DNA of 64,000 bases, taken from assembly GCA_002269645.1 (NCBI GenBank), contig NIVC01001020.1, forward strand, positions 62,001-126,000, read 5' to 3'. The DNA is from Macrostomum lignano. Taxonomy: Eukaryota. Of this stretch, positions 1 through 13,310 are shown piece after piece (the stretch's first letter is position 1; every line of letters begins with the position of its first letter). The notes under the pieces are model-generated. The model did not search any database, had not been told where the DNA came from, and saw only the letters and a program-made list of their open reading frames with translations. The translations under genes were made by a program, and so were the position numbers.

Positions 1-659
1 TATAAATCAAGTATTGTGCTATGCTTCCATACTGTGTTTTTTAATACTGTAATACAATTTAATTCAGTGTCAAAATTTAGCTAGTACATGGACAATAAAT
101 AAAAAGCCTATTGTGATACAGTCTATTTCAAAATAATGATTTAACTAGTCAGTTTTTTCTTTAGCATTCTTACAATGCATTTTAAGTCAAAAGAGCTGCT
201 TGACCTTTGCAAAAAAGCATGTTTTTTTGAATATTTAATCCCTTTAGCATTGAGCAATTTCTCAGCCACACTGCATGTACTATCATGGAAAATCATAGAA
301 ACATTTCTAATTGAACAGTGCAAGTTAGAAGAAAATTGGTTGAGACATTTTTTCTCTAATCGATCACATAGATACCTACCTACCAACAAACCATTTTTAG
401 AAGAAAACCTATAGGCAAAAAAATGCTTCTTGTAGAATGGTCAATAATATATTTTCTAGTTCAACTAGAGAGACATTCAAAATAAACCAAATTCAACTAA
501 TGTTTTTAAACAATGGTATATAAATTGGCATATAGCAAAAAGTTTTTTCTTTGAATTTTACTATATAGTGAAATAACTTATTTCAATCTATTTCTTTTAA
601 CTTGTCTTGTCTGAGAATCCTTGTTAGAAATACCACTGCTTTTTTAGACCATGGTTTAA

Positions 660-1740
660 ATGTCTGCCTCCTTCCCACTCTGTCAATTGCCCTTTTCCCA
701 TTGAGTCAACTGGCTCCCTCCCCATTCTGTCAATTGCTTCCTCCCTACTCTGTCAATTACTCTCCTCCGATTCTGTGTCAACTGCATCCTCCCCACTCTT
801 TGTGAACTGCCCTCCCACTCTGTGTCAACTGCATCCTCCCCACTCTGTGTCAACTGCCCTCCTCCCCACTCTTTGTCAACTGCCCCACTCTGTGTCAACT
901 GCCCTCCTCTCATTCTGTGTCAACTGGTTCCCTACCCACTTTGTCAACTGCCCTCCCATTCTGTGTCAACTGCCCTCCTCCGCACTCTTTGTCAACTGCC
1001 CTCCTCTCATTCTGTGTCAACTGCTTCCTTCCCCACTTTGTCAACTGCCCTCCCACTCTGTGTCAACTGCCCTCCGCCGCACTCTTTGTCAACTGCCCCC
1101 ACTCTGTGTAAACTGCCCTCCTCTCATTCTGTGTCAACTGGTTCCCTCCCCACTGTCAACTGCCCTCCCACTCTGTGTCAACTGCCCTCCGCCGCACTCT
1201 GTCAACTGCCCCCACTCTGTATAAACTGCCCTCCTCTCATTCTGTGTCAACTGGTTCCCTCCCCACTTTGTCAGCTGCCCTCCCATTCTGTGTCAACTGG
1301 CCCCAATTCTGTGTCAACTGGCCCCCATTCTGTGTCAACTGGCCCCTATTCTGTGTCAACTGGCCCCTATTCTGTATCAACTGGCCCCTATTCTGTATCA
1401 ACTGGCCCCCATTCTGTGTCAACTGGCCCCTATTCTGTATCAACTGGCCCCATTCTGTGTCAACTGGCCCCCATTCTGTGTCAACTGGCCCCTATTCTGT
1501 ATCAACTGGCCCCTATTCTGTATCAACTGGCCCCCATTCTGTGTCAACTGGCCCCCATTCTGTGTCAACTGGCCCCTATTCTGTATCAACTGGCCCCATT
1601 CTGTGTCAACTGGCCCCTATTCTGTATCAACTGGCCCCTATTCTGTATCAACTGGCCCCATTCTGTGTCAACTGACCCCCATTCTGTGTCAACTGACCCC
1701 TATTCTGTATCAACTGGCCCCATTCTGGGTCAACCGCCCC
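660..1740. repeat. Minisatellite array (TGTGTCAACTGCCC/TGTCAACTGGCCCC units, about 20-23 nt)
   Basis: Directly visible tandem repetition; the overlapping CQLP/VSTG ORFs are repeat translations. Boundaries approximate. Confidence 0.9.
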
Positions 1741-1867
1741 TCCTCATTCGTACATGTATATTATAGCATTTTTGAACTGGGAAGCTTTTACATGGCCAGT
1801 AATGAGGGCAGTTGTAATGAAGGCAGTGCCAAGGGTCAGTCCGCTGTCACGAATGCCTCTCAAATTC

Positions 1868-3876
1868 ATGTCGAATTTTGTCAACACCAGCTGCGGGATT
1901 TTGCACTCGCCGCCAGGTGCGCCCAGTCAGCCTGTGCCACCGGCAGTCGAGTCCGTGGCGGGGTCAATGACCTCCACGCCGTCGGTAACTCCGCAGCAGC
2001 GTACACCTCAGCCTCAGTTGCACCGTCTGGTTGTTGAAGCGCGTCGATCGCAGTTCTCCAACAGCGCGGGCTCCGAGGATGTCGCTGCCATTGTCCAGGC
2101 GGTGGTCCAGTTTGTCCGCTTGTCCATTGATCGGGTGACGGTTGGCGAGCGCCTCAGTGTGCCCCAGACTGAGGATCTGCACAATGAAGTTGTGGCATTG
2201 ACCTTTGTTGACCTGAGCGATAAGCTCACGGGACGGCGGCTGAGAGTGCGGGACTGTCAGCTTGAGGTGCGAGCAGCTTCTCGGAAGCATTTAGCATGCG
2301 AACTGGCAATCTTATAGCTGCGTTAGAGAGGCAACATAGTCAGTACTGTTAGTTTCTTAAAGAAAATATTTTAAGAAAAAGAGCTTCAGCCCTAAAATCC
2401 AGCTTTCTAGTCCAAGATAACAGCATCCCCTTTGAGCCTCGGTATTTCAGCAGCACCTTCCATCGTCCTTGGCATCTCAGCAATACCCCTATAAGCCTTG
2501 GCATCTCAGCAATACCCCTATGAGCCTTGGCATCTCAGCAATACCCCTATGAGCCTTGGCATCTCAGCAATACCCCTATAAGCCTTGGCATCTCAGCAAT
2601 ACCCCTATGAGCCTTGGCATCTCAGCAATACCCCTATGAGCCTTGGCATCTCAGCAATACCCCTATAAGCCTTGGCATCTCAGCAATACCCCTATGAGCC
2701 TTGGCATCTCAGCAATACCCCTATAAGCCTTGGCATCTCAGCAATACCCCTATGAGCCTTGGCACCTCAGCAAGACCCCTATGGGCCTTGGCATCTCAGC
2801 AATACCCATATCAGCCTTGGCATCTCAGCAATTACCCTAGTAAGCCTTGACATCTCAGCAACCCCCCCTCCCCCAGTAAGCCTTGACATCTCAGTAGTTC
2901 CCCAAGTAAGCCTTGGCATCTCAGCAATACCCCATGAGCCTTGACATCGCAGCAATACTCCTATGAGCCTTGGCATATCAGCAATACCTCATGAGCCTTG
3001 ACATCTCAGCAATACTCCTATGAGCTTTGACATCGCAGCAATACTCCTATGAGCCTTGGTATATCAGCAATACCTCATGAGCCTTGACATCTCAGCAATA
3101 CTCCTATGAGCCTTGACATCGCAGCAATACTCCTATGAGCCTTGGCATATCAGCAATACCTCATGAGCCTTGACATCGCAGCAATACTCCTATGAGCCTT
3201 GGCATCTCAGCAATACCCCATGAGCCTTGACATCGCAGCAATACCCCGTAATAAGACAGGCAGATTTAACTGCACTGAATGGAACAGACAGGTTCTAGAC
3301 TCAAGGGCCATGGAAGTACTCAAAAAGAACCCTTTAAAAGACCAACTTAGTGGGACAGACTTCATCAAGCAATTTTTTAAGACTACTGCGTATCCTGTCC
3401 TCCGCCGCCAGGTGGCTCTCTACCAGCTCTGCGAAGAGGAGCAACCGGCCACCGAGCGGATCAACCACGACGGCGAGGAGGTCTCGGCCGCCGCTACCCT
3501 GGTGCTGCCCGCCGCCAGCCTCGAAGGCGTCTGGGAGAGCCTCATGTTCGGCGCCGACGTGAAGCCCCGCCTGCTGGGCTACGCGCACTCCACCCTGCGC
3601 TTCGCCGACGCCGGGGTGGACCCGGCCGTGGTGAACTGCAACCGCCTCATCCTGCTGCACGGCGAGCCCGGCACCGGCAAGACCAGCCTGTGCAGGGCGC
3701 TGGCGCACAAGCTCAGCATTCACATGGCGGACAGGTGCGTGCCGGTGTGTCTGTGTTTGCCTGTCTGTCTGTCTGTCTGCTGTCTGTCTATCTGTGTCTG
3801 TCTGTCTGTCTGTCTATCTGTCTGTCTGTCTGTCTATCTGTGTCTATCTGTGTCTGTCTGTCTATCTGTCTGTCCA

Positions 3877-3935
<59 letters not shown>

Positions 3936-4025
3936 ATTTGTCCATCTGTCTATCTGTCTGTCTGTCTGTCTGTCTATCTGTCTGTCTGTCTGCTGTCTGT
4001 CTGTGTCTGTCTATCTGTCTGTCCA

Positions 4026-4106
<81 letters not shown>

Positions 4107-6559
4107 GTGTCTGTCTGTCTGTCTGTCTGTCTATCTCTCTGTTTGTCTGTCTTTCTGTCTGTCTGTCTGTCTGTCCATCTCTCTGTTTGTCTGTCTGTCT
4201 GTCTGTCCATCTCTCTGTCTGTCTGTCCACGTTCCTGTTCCTCCGCTTGGAAATGTCTCTCTTTCAGCAGGTGATCTCAAGCCTTCGCTTCGCTAATTTC
4301 AATTTCCACCCCTGCCACCCCCGCCAGATACGATTACGGCTGCCTCGTAGAGGTGAACAGCCACAGCCTGTTCTCCAAGTGGTTCTCTGAGAGCGGCAAA
4401 CTTGTCCAGAAAATGTTTGACAAGCTGCACGAGCACTTGGCCGACGAGCGCTGCCTGGTGTTCGTGCTAGTTGATGAAGTTGAGAGTCTGAGCGCCGCCC
4501 GCCAGGCCTGTCTGTCAGGCAGCGACCCCAGCGATTCCATTCGAGTCGTGAACGCCCTGCTCACCCAGCTGGACGCTGTGAAACGGTGGCCCAATGTGCT
4601 GGTGCTGACAACCAGCAATATCACTGGGGCCATTGATGAGGCCTTCCTGGATCGGTGAGTCCACAAAGACAGGTGTGGATGGCAGAATTACAGTTTCGGT
4701 GAGACAGGCGTAGTCTAAAGACAGGCAGTCTGAGTGATACAGGAGTCAGTCGAGGAGAAGAGTTTAACTCAAAAGAGACAGGTAAGTGAGCAGAGAGACT
4801 CAGTGAGACAGGATTGGGGGAAGGGCAGACTCAATGACACAGGATTGGGGGGACAGACTCAGTGTTACATGATTGGGGGGACAGACTCAGTGACACATAC
4901 TCAGTGACACAGACTCAGTGAGACAGGATTGGGGGGACACAGACTCAGTGAGACAGGATTGGGGGGACACAGACTCAGTGAGACATACTCAGTGAGACAG
5001 GATTGGGGGGACACAGACTCAGTGAGACAGGATTGGGGGGACACAGACTCAGTGACACAGACTCAGGGAGACAGGATTGGGGGATGAAACAGACTCAGTG
5101 AGACAGGATTGGGGGACAGACTCAGTGACACAGGCTCAGTGTGACAGACTCAGTGACAGACTCAGTGACACATGATTGGAGGGACAGACTCAGTGACACA
5201 GACTCAGTGACAGACTCAGTGAGACAGTGACACAGGATTGGAGGGCACAGACTCAGTGACACAGGATTGGGGGGCACAGACTCAGTGACACAGGATTGGA
5301 GGGCACAGACTCAGTGACACAGGATTGGAGGGCACAGACTCAGTGACACAGGATTGGGGGGGGTGGCACAGACTCAGTGACACAGGATTGGGGGGCACAG
5401 ACTCAGTGACACAGGATTGGGGGGCACAGACTCAGTGACACAGGATTGGGGGGATAGACTCAGTGACACAGGATTGGGGGGCACAGACTCAGTGACACAG
5501 GATTGGCGGGCAGAGACTCAGTGACAAAGGATTGAGGGGGGGGCACAGACTCAGTGACAGACTCAGTGACACAGACTCAGTGTGACAGACTCAGTGACAG
5601 ACTCAGTGACACATGATTGGGGGCACAGACTCAGTGATACAGGATTGGGGGGGGGCACAGACTTAGTGACACAGACTCAGTGACACAGGATTAGCGGGCA
5701 GAGACTCAGTGACACAGGATTGAGGGGGGCACATACTCAGTGACAGACCCAGTGACACAGACTCAGTGTGACAGACTCAGTGACACATGATTGGGGGCAC
5801 AGACTCAATGACACAGGATTGGGGGGGGCACAGACTCAGTGACAGGATTGGGGGGCACAGACTCAGTGACACAGGATTGGGTGGGGGCACAGACTCAGTG
5901 ACACAGGATTGGGGGGCACAGACTCAGTGACACAGGATTGGGTGGGGGCACAGACTCAGTGACACAGGATTGGGGGGGGCACAGACTCAGTGACACAGGA
6001 TTAGGGGGGGGGGGCACAGACTCAGTGACACAGGATTGGGGGGGCACAGACTCAGTGACACAGGATTGGGGGGCACAGACTCAGTGAGACAGGCATGCCA
6101 ATATTAAAAACCTGGCAACTCCGGCCCAGCTGCGACCTCTGCCTGCACATCGGGCTGCCAGACGAGCCAGCTGTTTACGAGATTCTGGCCAGCTGTCTTC
6201 GCGAGCTTCTTCGAGCCGGTGTCGTGTCGTCGGCGTCAGCTTCGGGCGCAGCGGAGCCGCCCGCAATCTACGCCTACTCGGAGCTGAACCTGCTGGGCGG
6301 CGCCGCCTCAGAGCGGCTGGCTCAGAGCGACACCTTCCGGTGCAGCTTCCGCCTGCTGGCTCTCAGCCGCGCCTGTCGTGGCCTGAGCGGCCGCCGGCTC
6401 CGCAAGCTGCCGCTGCTCGCCCACTCCGTCAGCCTGGCCGACTGTCGCCGGTTCCGCAATGACGGCGCCGCCGGCCTGCTGTTGGATTCGTTCCTGGTTG
6501 CCATGGAAACGGCTGCCGTTGCTGCCGCTCCTGTCGGCGTTAGTACCAACGGGAAGTGA
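1868..6559 (+). CDS. TRIP13: Pachytene checkpoint 2 / TRIP13 AAA+ ATPase, 4 exons
   Basis: Exons (1868 or 1967)-2266, 3412-3734, 4328-4654, 6130-6559 join in frame at GT/AG. Motifs: [13 protein letters not shown] (Walker A), [27 protein letters not shown] (Walker B), [25 protein letters not shown]. Start codon uncertain. Confidence 0.92.
2410..3245. repeat. 29-nt minisatellite (GAGCCTTGGCATCTCAGCAATACCCCTAT) in TRIP13 intron 1
   Basis: Visible tandem array; a related inverted copy lies near 41370-41410. Confidence 0.9.
3740..4230. repeat. (TCTG)n microsatellite in TRIP13 intron 2
   Basis: Visible. Confidence 0.95.
4790..6090. repeat. About 30-nt minisatellite (GACTCAGTGACACAGGATTGGGGGGCACA) in TRIP13 intron 3
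   Basis: Visible tandem array. Confidence 0.9.
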
Positions 6560-7251
6560 AAGATTTAAGAGGAGCGCCACTATTCAATGTCCCAATTTAG
6601 GTTGGCGTTTGGGTTTGTAGTTCGGTTTTTGGGTTTAGTTTGCATTTATGTTTTTGTGTTTAAATTTGGATTTAGGTTTTTGGGTTTAAAATTTGGATTT
6701 CGATTTTTGGGTTTAAAATTTGGATTAAGGTTTTTGGGTTTACAGTTTGGATTTAGGTTTGGGTTTACAGTTTTGTGTTTAGGTTTGGGTTTATTTTTGG
6801 GTTTGTAATACATGTACGTTGATTTGTACAAATATTTTTCGTTTTCAAACAATTTCATCAATCTGTTAATTCTGCTGCTGTACCCGGTCAAAGCTCTGAT
6901 CTGCAAGTCCAAGCGTTTGTTATAGTATTTGCTAATTCAAGCATTTATCTAGTACTATAAATATGAGTGTGCAGCGCAATATTTTCTATTATAATTTTAC
7001 AAACCTCCTTGCTAAACTCAATCCAATTGTACTACTGTTTAGTTGATTAAAATTTATCATTTAAATTAGCTTAATTATATTTAATAAATTAAGTTGCTTA
7101 ATAAATACTGCGGATGAGCGAGTCTGCTATTGAATAGAATTGTTTTGCTGTTGCACTCTTTTCTCTTTGCTGTAAGGGAGATGAGGTTTAGACCGAATTT
7201 CGTCTGCGGCCACTTTTATTTGGGGCTTTTGTGCACTACAAGAGCCAACCT

Positions 7252-7390
7252 CCCAGGGCACAGAGAATGTACATGCTTGACGATCAGCAAGTCAGGGCCT
7301 CTGTAAACCCTGCGTGAGCGGGTGTATGATTGCGTGCCTTAATAAAGTGCACGGCTGTCTGATTTTCAGCTGTCAGAAGACAAACTGTCG
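7252..7390 (+). repeat. Dispersed element copy A (GCACAGAGAATGTACATG...GTCAGGGCC...TGTAAACCCTGCGTGAGCG)
   Basis: Related copies at 7889-7985, 18653-18745 and 42335-42450. Confidence 0.7.
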
Positions 7391-7888
7391 CGACTTTCCT
7401 AGTCATTTCTTTAGTTCACCTTCACTTGTCTCTATTTACTGTTTTCTCTCTCTCTCTGTCTAGCTCAATCTTGTTATTCTTATCTCTCTCTCCCTTGCTG
7501 CGTTCTGATTGGCTCTCCGTTCTCGCCTCTTTCCTCAGTCGCGCACTCCACCCCCTTGTCTTATCTTGCACCCCCAAAGTTAATGGATAAATAATCAGCG
7601 GTCCCAGTGCGTGACAGCGATTGTCTGGCGAGCGCCGGTAGGCGCGAGCCATAGACAAATCGTTGTCACGTGCTGCGACCGCTGATTCTTTGCATTGTTT
7701 TTCTGTTTGAAGATCCTACAGACAATGCATTGTTTGTAGTAATGGATTGTTCTGCATTAAAAATGTGAATAATGATCGTCAAATTGCTAAACAATGTCAT
7801 ATAAATATATCGGTTTGGGCCTTGTGCCCACTTACTGGCTCCTTATCTTATTTGTTCAATATTACTCTAATTAAAATGTAGTTCTCGA

Positions 7889-7985
7889 CAGGGCCTCTGT
7901 AAACCCTGCGTGAGCGTGTGTATGATTACGTGCCTTAATAAAGTGCACGGCTGTCTGATTTTATGCTGTCAGAAGACAAACTGCC
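7889..7985 (+). repeat. Dispersed element copy B, ending about 20 nt before the kinase ATG
   Basis: Near-identical to 7293-7388 (CAGGGCCTCTGTAAACCCTGCGTGAGCG...GTCAGAAGACAAACTG). Confidence 0.75.
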
Positions 7986-8002
7986 TTGCCTGAAAATCAG
8001 AT

Positions 8003-11000
8003 ATGCAGCAGCAGCCCCAGCAGCAGCATGATCAGCTACTCGGCCGGTTGCACCCAACCGCGTCGTCAACTTCGATGTTCAATGCTGCCGCTGCCGCTGT
8101 CGGCGACTCCTGGCCCCGAGGCAAGGCCAACTACAGCATGCAGAAGCTGCTGGGCACTGGCGCCACCTCCAAGGTGTACCGGGCCACCTGTCCCGCTCGC
8201 AACAATGCCGAGATCGCCATCAAGGTTGTCAACCTGGACAGCAGCTCCGTGTCAATGGACGAGCTGCACCGGGAGACGCAGGGCATGAAGAAGCTGCGAC
8301 ACGAGAATATTGTTGCCTACTATGGCAGCTTCATCGAGGACAAGTTCCTCTTCATCCTGATGGATCTGTGCGAGCGGTCACTGCTGGATGTGATCAACAA
8401 GGTCAAGGTTGCCAGGAGCATTGCGCACGGGGTGTTTGAGGAGCATACCATTGCTACCATCGTGCGGGAGGTGCTCAAGGGCCTGCAGTACATTCACGAG
8501 AACGGATTGGTGCACAGGTGAATTGCGGGCTGTGATTGACTGCTATTTTTAATTGAAATAAAATTACTGATTCAAGGCGAAAAGAGGGAATTGGAATTGA
8601 GAACAACGGATTTGAGGGGTGGGGAAGTGAAGGATGGAGAAGTAAAGGGTGGGGAAGTGGAGGGTGGAGAAGTAAAGGGTGGGGAAGTGAAGGGAATGAG
8701 GGGTGGGGAAGTGAAGGGTGGTAATGAGGGGTGAGGAAGTGATGGATAGGGAATTGAGGGATGGGGAAAAGAGGGTGGGGAAGTGAGGGATGGGGAAGTG
8801 AAGGGTGGGGAAGTGAAGGGTGGGGAACTGAAAGGTGGGGAAGTGAAAGGTGGGGAACTGAAAGGTGGGGAAGTGAAAGGTGGGGAAGTGAAGGGTGGGG
8901 AAGTGAAAGGTGGGGAAGTGAAGGGTGGGGAAGTGAAAGGTGGGGAAGTGAAGGGTGGGGAAGTGAAAGGTGGGGAAGTGAAAGGTGGGGAAGTGAAGGG
9001 TGGGGAAGTGAAAGGTGGGGAAGTGAAGGGTGGGGAAGTGAAAGGTGGGGAAGTGAAGGGTGGGGAAGTGAAAGGTGGGGAAGTGAAAGGTGGGGAAGTG
9101 AAGGGTGGGGAAGTGAAAGGTGGGGAAGTGAAGGGTTTTAAAAGTGAGGGGTAGGAGGTGAAGGTTGAGAAAGTGACGGGTTTTGGAAATGAAGGATGGA
9201 GAAGGAGAGGTAGAAAGGTGAAATAGTGGAACTGAAGAGGGTTCAGGAGAGTGGAAAAGCTCAGCAAAAGCTGTAGTGCGCTTTCAGTTTCTTATAAAGC
9301 AGTCCGTGTGGCACCCCGACCCTATCCTTCAGGGACATAAAATGCGGCAACATATTGTTAAAGAATGACGGGTCCGTTCAGATTGCCGACTTCGGTGTCA
9401 CGGCCTTCATAAATACCAACCCGCTGACCGGCTTGTCCGTTAATCCGGTGTCCAGGCACACCTTTGTCGGCACCCCCTGCTGGATGGCTCCTGAGGTGCG
9501 AATCGTTCAGTTTGTTCATCTAGAATCCTGACGAGATATGAAATGCTTCTGGAAAATTGTTTTTTATATTATCTGTGGACGGATGTTAGCAGGTCGGAAA
9601 ATGCAGTGCATTGAAGAGTAAAATTGATTAATAAGCAAATCCGCTCACCAGGTGATGGAGCAGCGCCAGTACGGCTACACTACCAAGGCGGATATTTGGA
9701 GTCTGGGCATTACGGCTCTGGAGCTGGTGACCGGCAGTGCACCCTACGCCAAATTCCCGCCACTGAAGGTGATCATCTTGACGCTGAACAATGACCCACC
9801 CAACCTGGCCTCGGTGGAGGAGAAGCCGGGCCAGTACTCCGCTTACGGGCATAAGTTTCGCAAGTTCGTGTCCGCTTGTCTGGTACGGAATGACTCGGAG
9901 AGGCCGAGCGCCAAGCAGATGCTGCAGCATCCCTTTATTAAGGTGAGATTATAGGCTAGATGATGAAGCACCGTAGGTACACTCTATGGGGGAAAATCTC
10001 CCCGTGTGAATAGATCCCCATGTGATTTTATCCCAATATTATCCCCATGTGAGTATATCCCTATGTGAGTATATCCCTATGTGAGTATATCCCTATGTGA
10101 GTATATCCCTATGTGAGTATATCCCTATGTGAGTATATCCCTATGTGAGTATATCCCTATGTGAGTATATCCCTATGTGAGTATATCCCTATGTGAGTAT
10201 ATCCCTATGTGAGTATTTCCTTATTGAATATCTCCCCATGTGAATATCTCCCCATGTGAATATTTCCCCATGTGAATATCTCCCCATGTGAATATCTCCC
10301 CATGTGAATATCTCCCCGTTTGAATATCACCCCATGTGAATATCTTCCCATGTGAATATCTCCGTGTGAATAGATCCCCATGTGAATATCTCCCCATGTG
10401 AATATCTTCCCATGTGAATATCTCCCCGTGTGAATAGATCCCCATGTGAGTTATCTCCCCGTTTGAATATCTCCCCGTGTGAATATCTCCCCATGTGATT
10501 TTATCCCAATATTATCCCCGTTTGAGTATATCCCTATGTGAGTATGTCCCTATGTGAATATCTTCTCGTGTGATTGTCTACACACGCGAATATCTCCCTC
10601 TGTAAATGTCATAACTATGTGAATATCCCCTATAGAAATATCCCTATGGCAGTATCTCCCTACACAGAAGTCACCCACTCGCCCGCCCCGCAGGCCAAAG
10701 CCAAGGACAAGGAGTACATTGTCCGAGCCGTGCTCAGCGGCGACTCGCACCACCTGCACCATCACCTGTCGCAGCTGTCTGGCAAGCGGCGCTCTCAGCA
10801 GCAGAACGACGGCAGCAGCGTCGACTCGGCAACGCCTGTCGCCATCGGTCAACGCGACGTCGAGGACAACGACGACGAAGAGGACGAAGAAGAGGACGAG
10901 TGGCAGTTCCCCGAGGGCGCCACCGCCGCTGCTCCTGCCGCCGCCCCTGTGTCAGAGTCAGCGGCAGAGGTCGACCAGGACAACCCGGACAGCCGGCTGC

Positions 11001-11593
11001 CGTGGCTCCGCGCCGCCCTGTCCGGCCGGCCGGACTGCCGCGGCGTCTACCTGAAGTTCCGCCTGCGCAAGCGCAAAGACGACGCCCCGTCTCCGGCCGG
11101 CGCCGCCGCTCTTCTCTCCGGCCCCGACAGTCTGGCCGCTGGCGCCGGCGGCGGCTCCATTGTTGGCGCTCTGACCTCCGCCGCCGCCGCCGCCGCTCTG
11201 GACGGATCCAGCAACAACGCCGCCACGGCGCCGGCCTCCGGAGCCTCTTCGTCAACGCTCGGCTCGCAGTCGGTCGCTGGGCTCGCCGAGCTGCAGGACA
11301 TCAGCTTCGACTTCGCTGTTGGCAAGGACCGCGCCAACGGCATCACCATGGAGCTGGTGGAGTCCGGCCTGGTCAGCATGCACGACATGGTGGTCATCTC
11401 GCGGGCCCTGCAGACCCTTATCGACGCGCCGTGGGCTCGAGAGCGGGTGTTCCCGCTGAACACACCGCTACCGTCGGGGGTTTTCGCTGACGAAGCCGAG
11501 TTCGTTGGCTACGCTGGCCTGTCGGTCGTGTCCGTGACGGCGGTGTACGAGGATGCCCGCGAGGAGCCGCTGCGGATTGAGAAAGCGGCTTGA
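8003..11593 (+). CDS. OXSR1: STE20-family kinase of the OSR1/SPAK (fray) type with C-terminal CCT domain, 4 exons
   Basis: Exons 8003-8517, 9333-9495, 9652-9942, 10694-11593. Motifs: [53 protein letters not shown]; CCT-like [29 protein letters not shown]...VGYAGLSV. Equally related to STK39. Confidence 0.9.
8610..9140. repeat. 15-nt purine-rich minisatellite (GGGGAAGTGAAAGGT), kinase intron 1
   Basis: Visible. Confidence 0.9.
10000..10660. repeat. 16-nt minisatellite (CCCTATGTGAGTATAT / CCCCATGTGAATATCT), kinase intron 3
   Basis: Visible. Confidence 0.9.
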
Positions 11594-11629
11594 GAGGCCG
11601 CCAGTGTTGGTTACTTGCGCAGTGACGAC

Positions 11630-12320
11630 CTACTGACCCGCGTGCTGCTGACCCGCGTGCTACTGACCCGCGTCTGCTGACCCGCGTGCTGCTGACCCAC
11701 TGACCCGCGTCTGCTGACCCGCGTGCTACTGACCCGCGTCTGCTGACCCGCGTGCTGCTGACCCACTGACCCGCGTGCTACTGACCCACTGACCCGCGTG
11801 GTGCTGACCAGCTGACCCACTAGTCCGCGTGCTCCTGACCCACTGACCCGCGTGCTGCTGACCCACTGACCCGCGTGCTGCTAACCCACTGACCCGCGTG
11901 CTGCTAACCCACTGACCCGCGTGCTGCTGACCCACTGACCCGCGTCTGCTGACCCGCGTGCTACTGACCCGCGTCTGCTGACCCGCGTGCTACTGACCCG
12001 CGTCTGCTGACCCGCGTGCTGCTGACCCACTGACCCGCGTCTACTGACCAGCGTCTGCTGACCCGCGTGCTACTGACCCGCGTCTGCTGACCCGCGTGCT
12101 ACTGACCCGCGTCTGCTGACCCGCGTGCTGCTGACCCACTGACCGGCGTGCTACTGACCCGCGTTTGCTGACCCACTGACCCGCGTGGTGCTGACCAGCT
12201 GACCCACTAGCCCGCGTGCTGCTGACCCGCTGGCCCACCAACCCGTGTGTGATGCTGTCCTACTGACGCGACCCGTGTGTGATGCTGTCCTACTGACGCG
12301 ACCCGTGTGTGATGCTGACC
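11630..12320. repeat. CTGACCCGCGTGCTG-type minisatellite downstream of the kinase stop
   Basis: Visible. Confidence 0.9.
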
Positions 12321-12769
12321 CACCGACCCGTCTGTTGCTGACCTATACTTGAGCTTTCTACTGGCTCAGTGAAATTTTGGCGAATTGTCCCTTTACTCAC
12401 CGGCATGTCATCAACTGTCTGATTCACCAGCATCTGCATTCGCTGATTGTTCACGCATTGGTTGGCACACCTGATTGCGTTTTTTAATTCTACCAACTGG
12501 ATTCCATCGCCTGCTGTTTGCATGGATGCCTGATTGTCAAGGTTGATTGAACTTTGCCCAGCACTTCCGCTCGATCCTTGTAGATAGCTACTACTTTTAT
12601 TTGGCCTTTCCAGATCATTTAAACACAATTTTCCGCTGCAAATTCTACTTTTAACTTTATAAATGCGTTTGTGATTGCCGGTAGCCTTTTTCTAGGAGCT
12701 TCATAAACTTAACACATCGGAGGAATTCGCCTTGAATCTATGCACATTTCTCTTGCCTTCACCACTTTA

Positions 12770-13310
12770 ATGTACACTGACTCTTACCCAGCGCCCACCA
12801 CCCCAATGTAGCTCGTACACTAACTCTTACCCAGCGCCCACCACCCCAATGTAGCTCGTACACTAACTCTTACCCAGCGCCCACCACCCCAATGTACACT
12901 AACTCTTACCCCGCGCCCACCACCCCAATTTACACTGGCTCTTACCCAGCACCCACCACCCCAATGTACACTGGCTCTTACCCAGCACCCACCACCCCAA
13001 TGTACACTGGCTCTTACCCAGCACCCACCACCCCAATTTACACTGGCTCTTACCCAGCACCCACCACCCCAATTTACACTGGCTCTTACCCAGAACCCAC
13101 CACCCCAATGTAAACTGGCTCTTACCCAGCACCCACCACACCAATGTACACTGGCTCTTACCCAGCACCCACCACCCCAATTTACACTGGCTCTTACCCA
13201 GCACCCACCACCCCAATGTACACTGGCTCTTACCCAGCACCCACCACCCCAATGTACACTGGCTCTTACCCAGCGACCACCACCCCAATGTACACTGGCT
13301 TTCTAGCTCC
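12770..13310. repeat. 30-nt minisatellite (TACACTGGCTCTTACCCAGCACCCACCACCCCAATG-like)
   Basis: Visible. Confidence 0.9.

Noticed and set aside
660-1766. Long ORFs over minisatellites (also at 3690-4390, 8572-9267, 20033-20770, 23968-24933, 35193-35960, 37995-38801)
   Set aside because: They are translations of tandem repeats open in several frames and lie in introns or spacers.
6590-6800. TTTGGG/TTTAGG-rich stretch resembling telomeric repeats
   Set aside because: It is a degenerate 27-nt unit after the TRIP13 stop, not a (TTAGGG)n tract.
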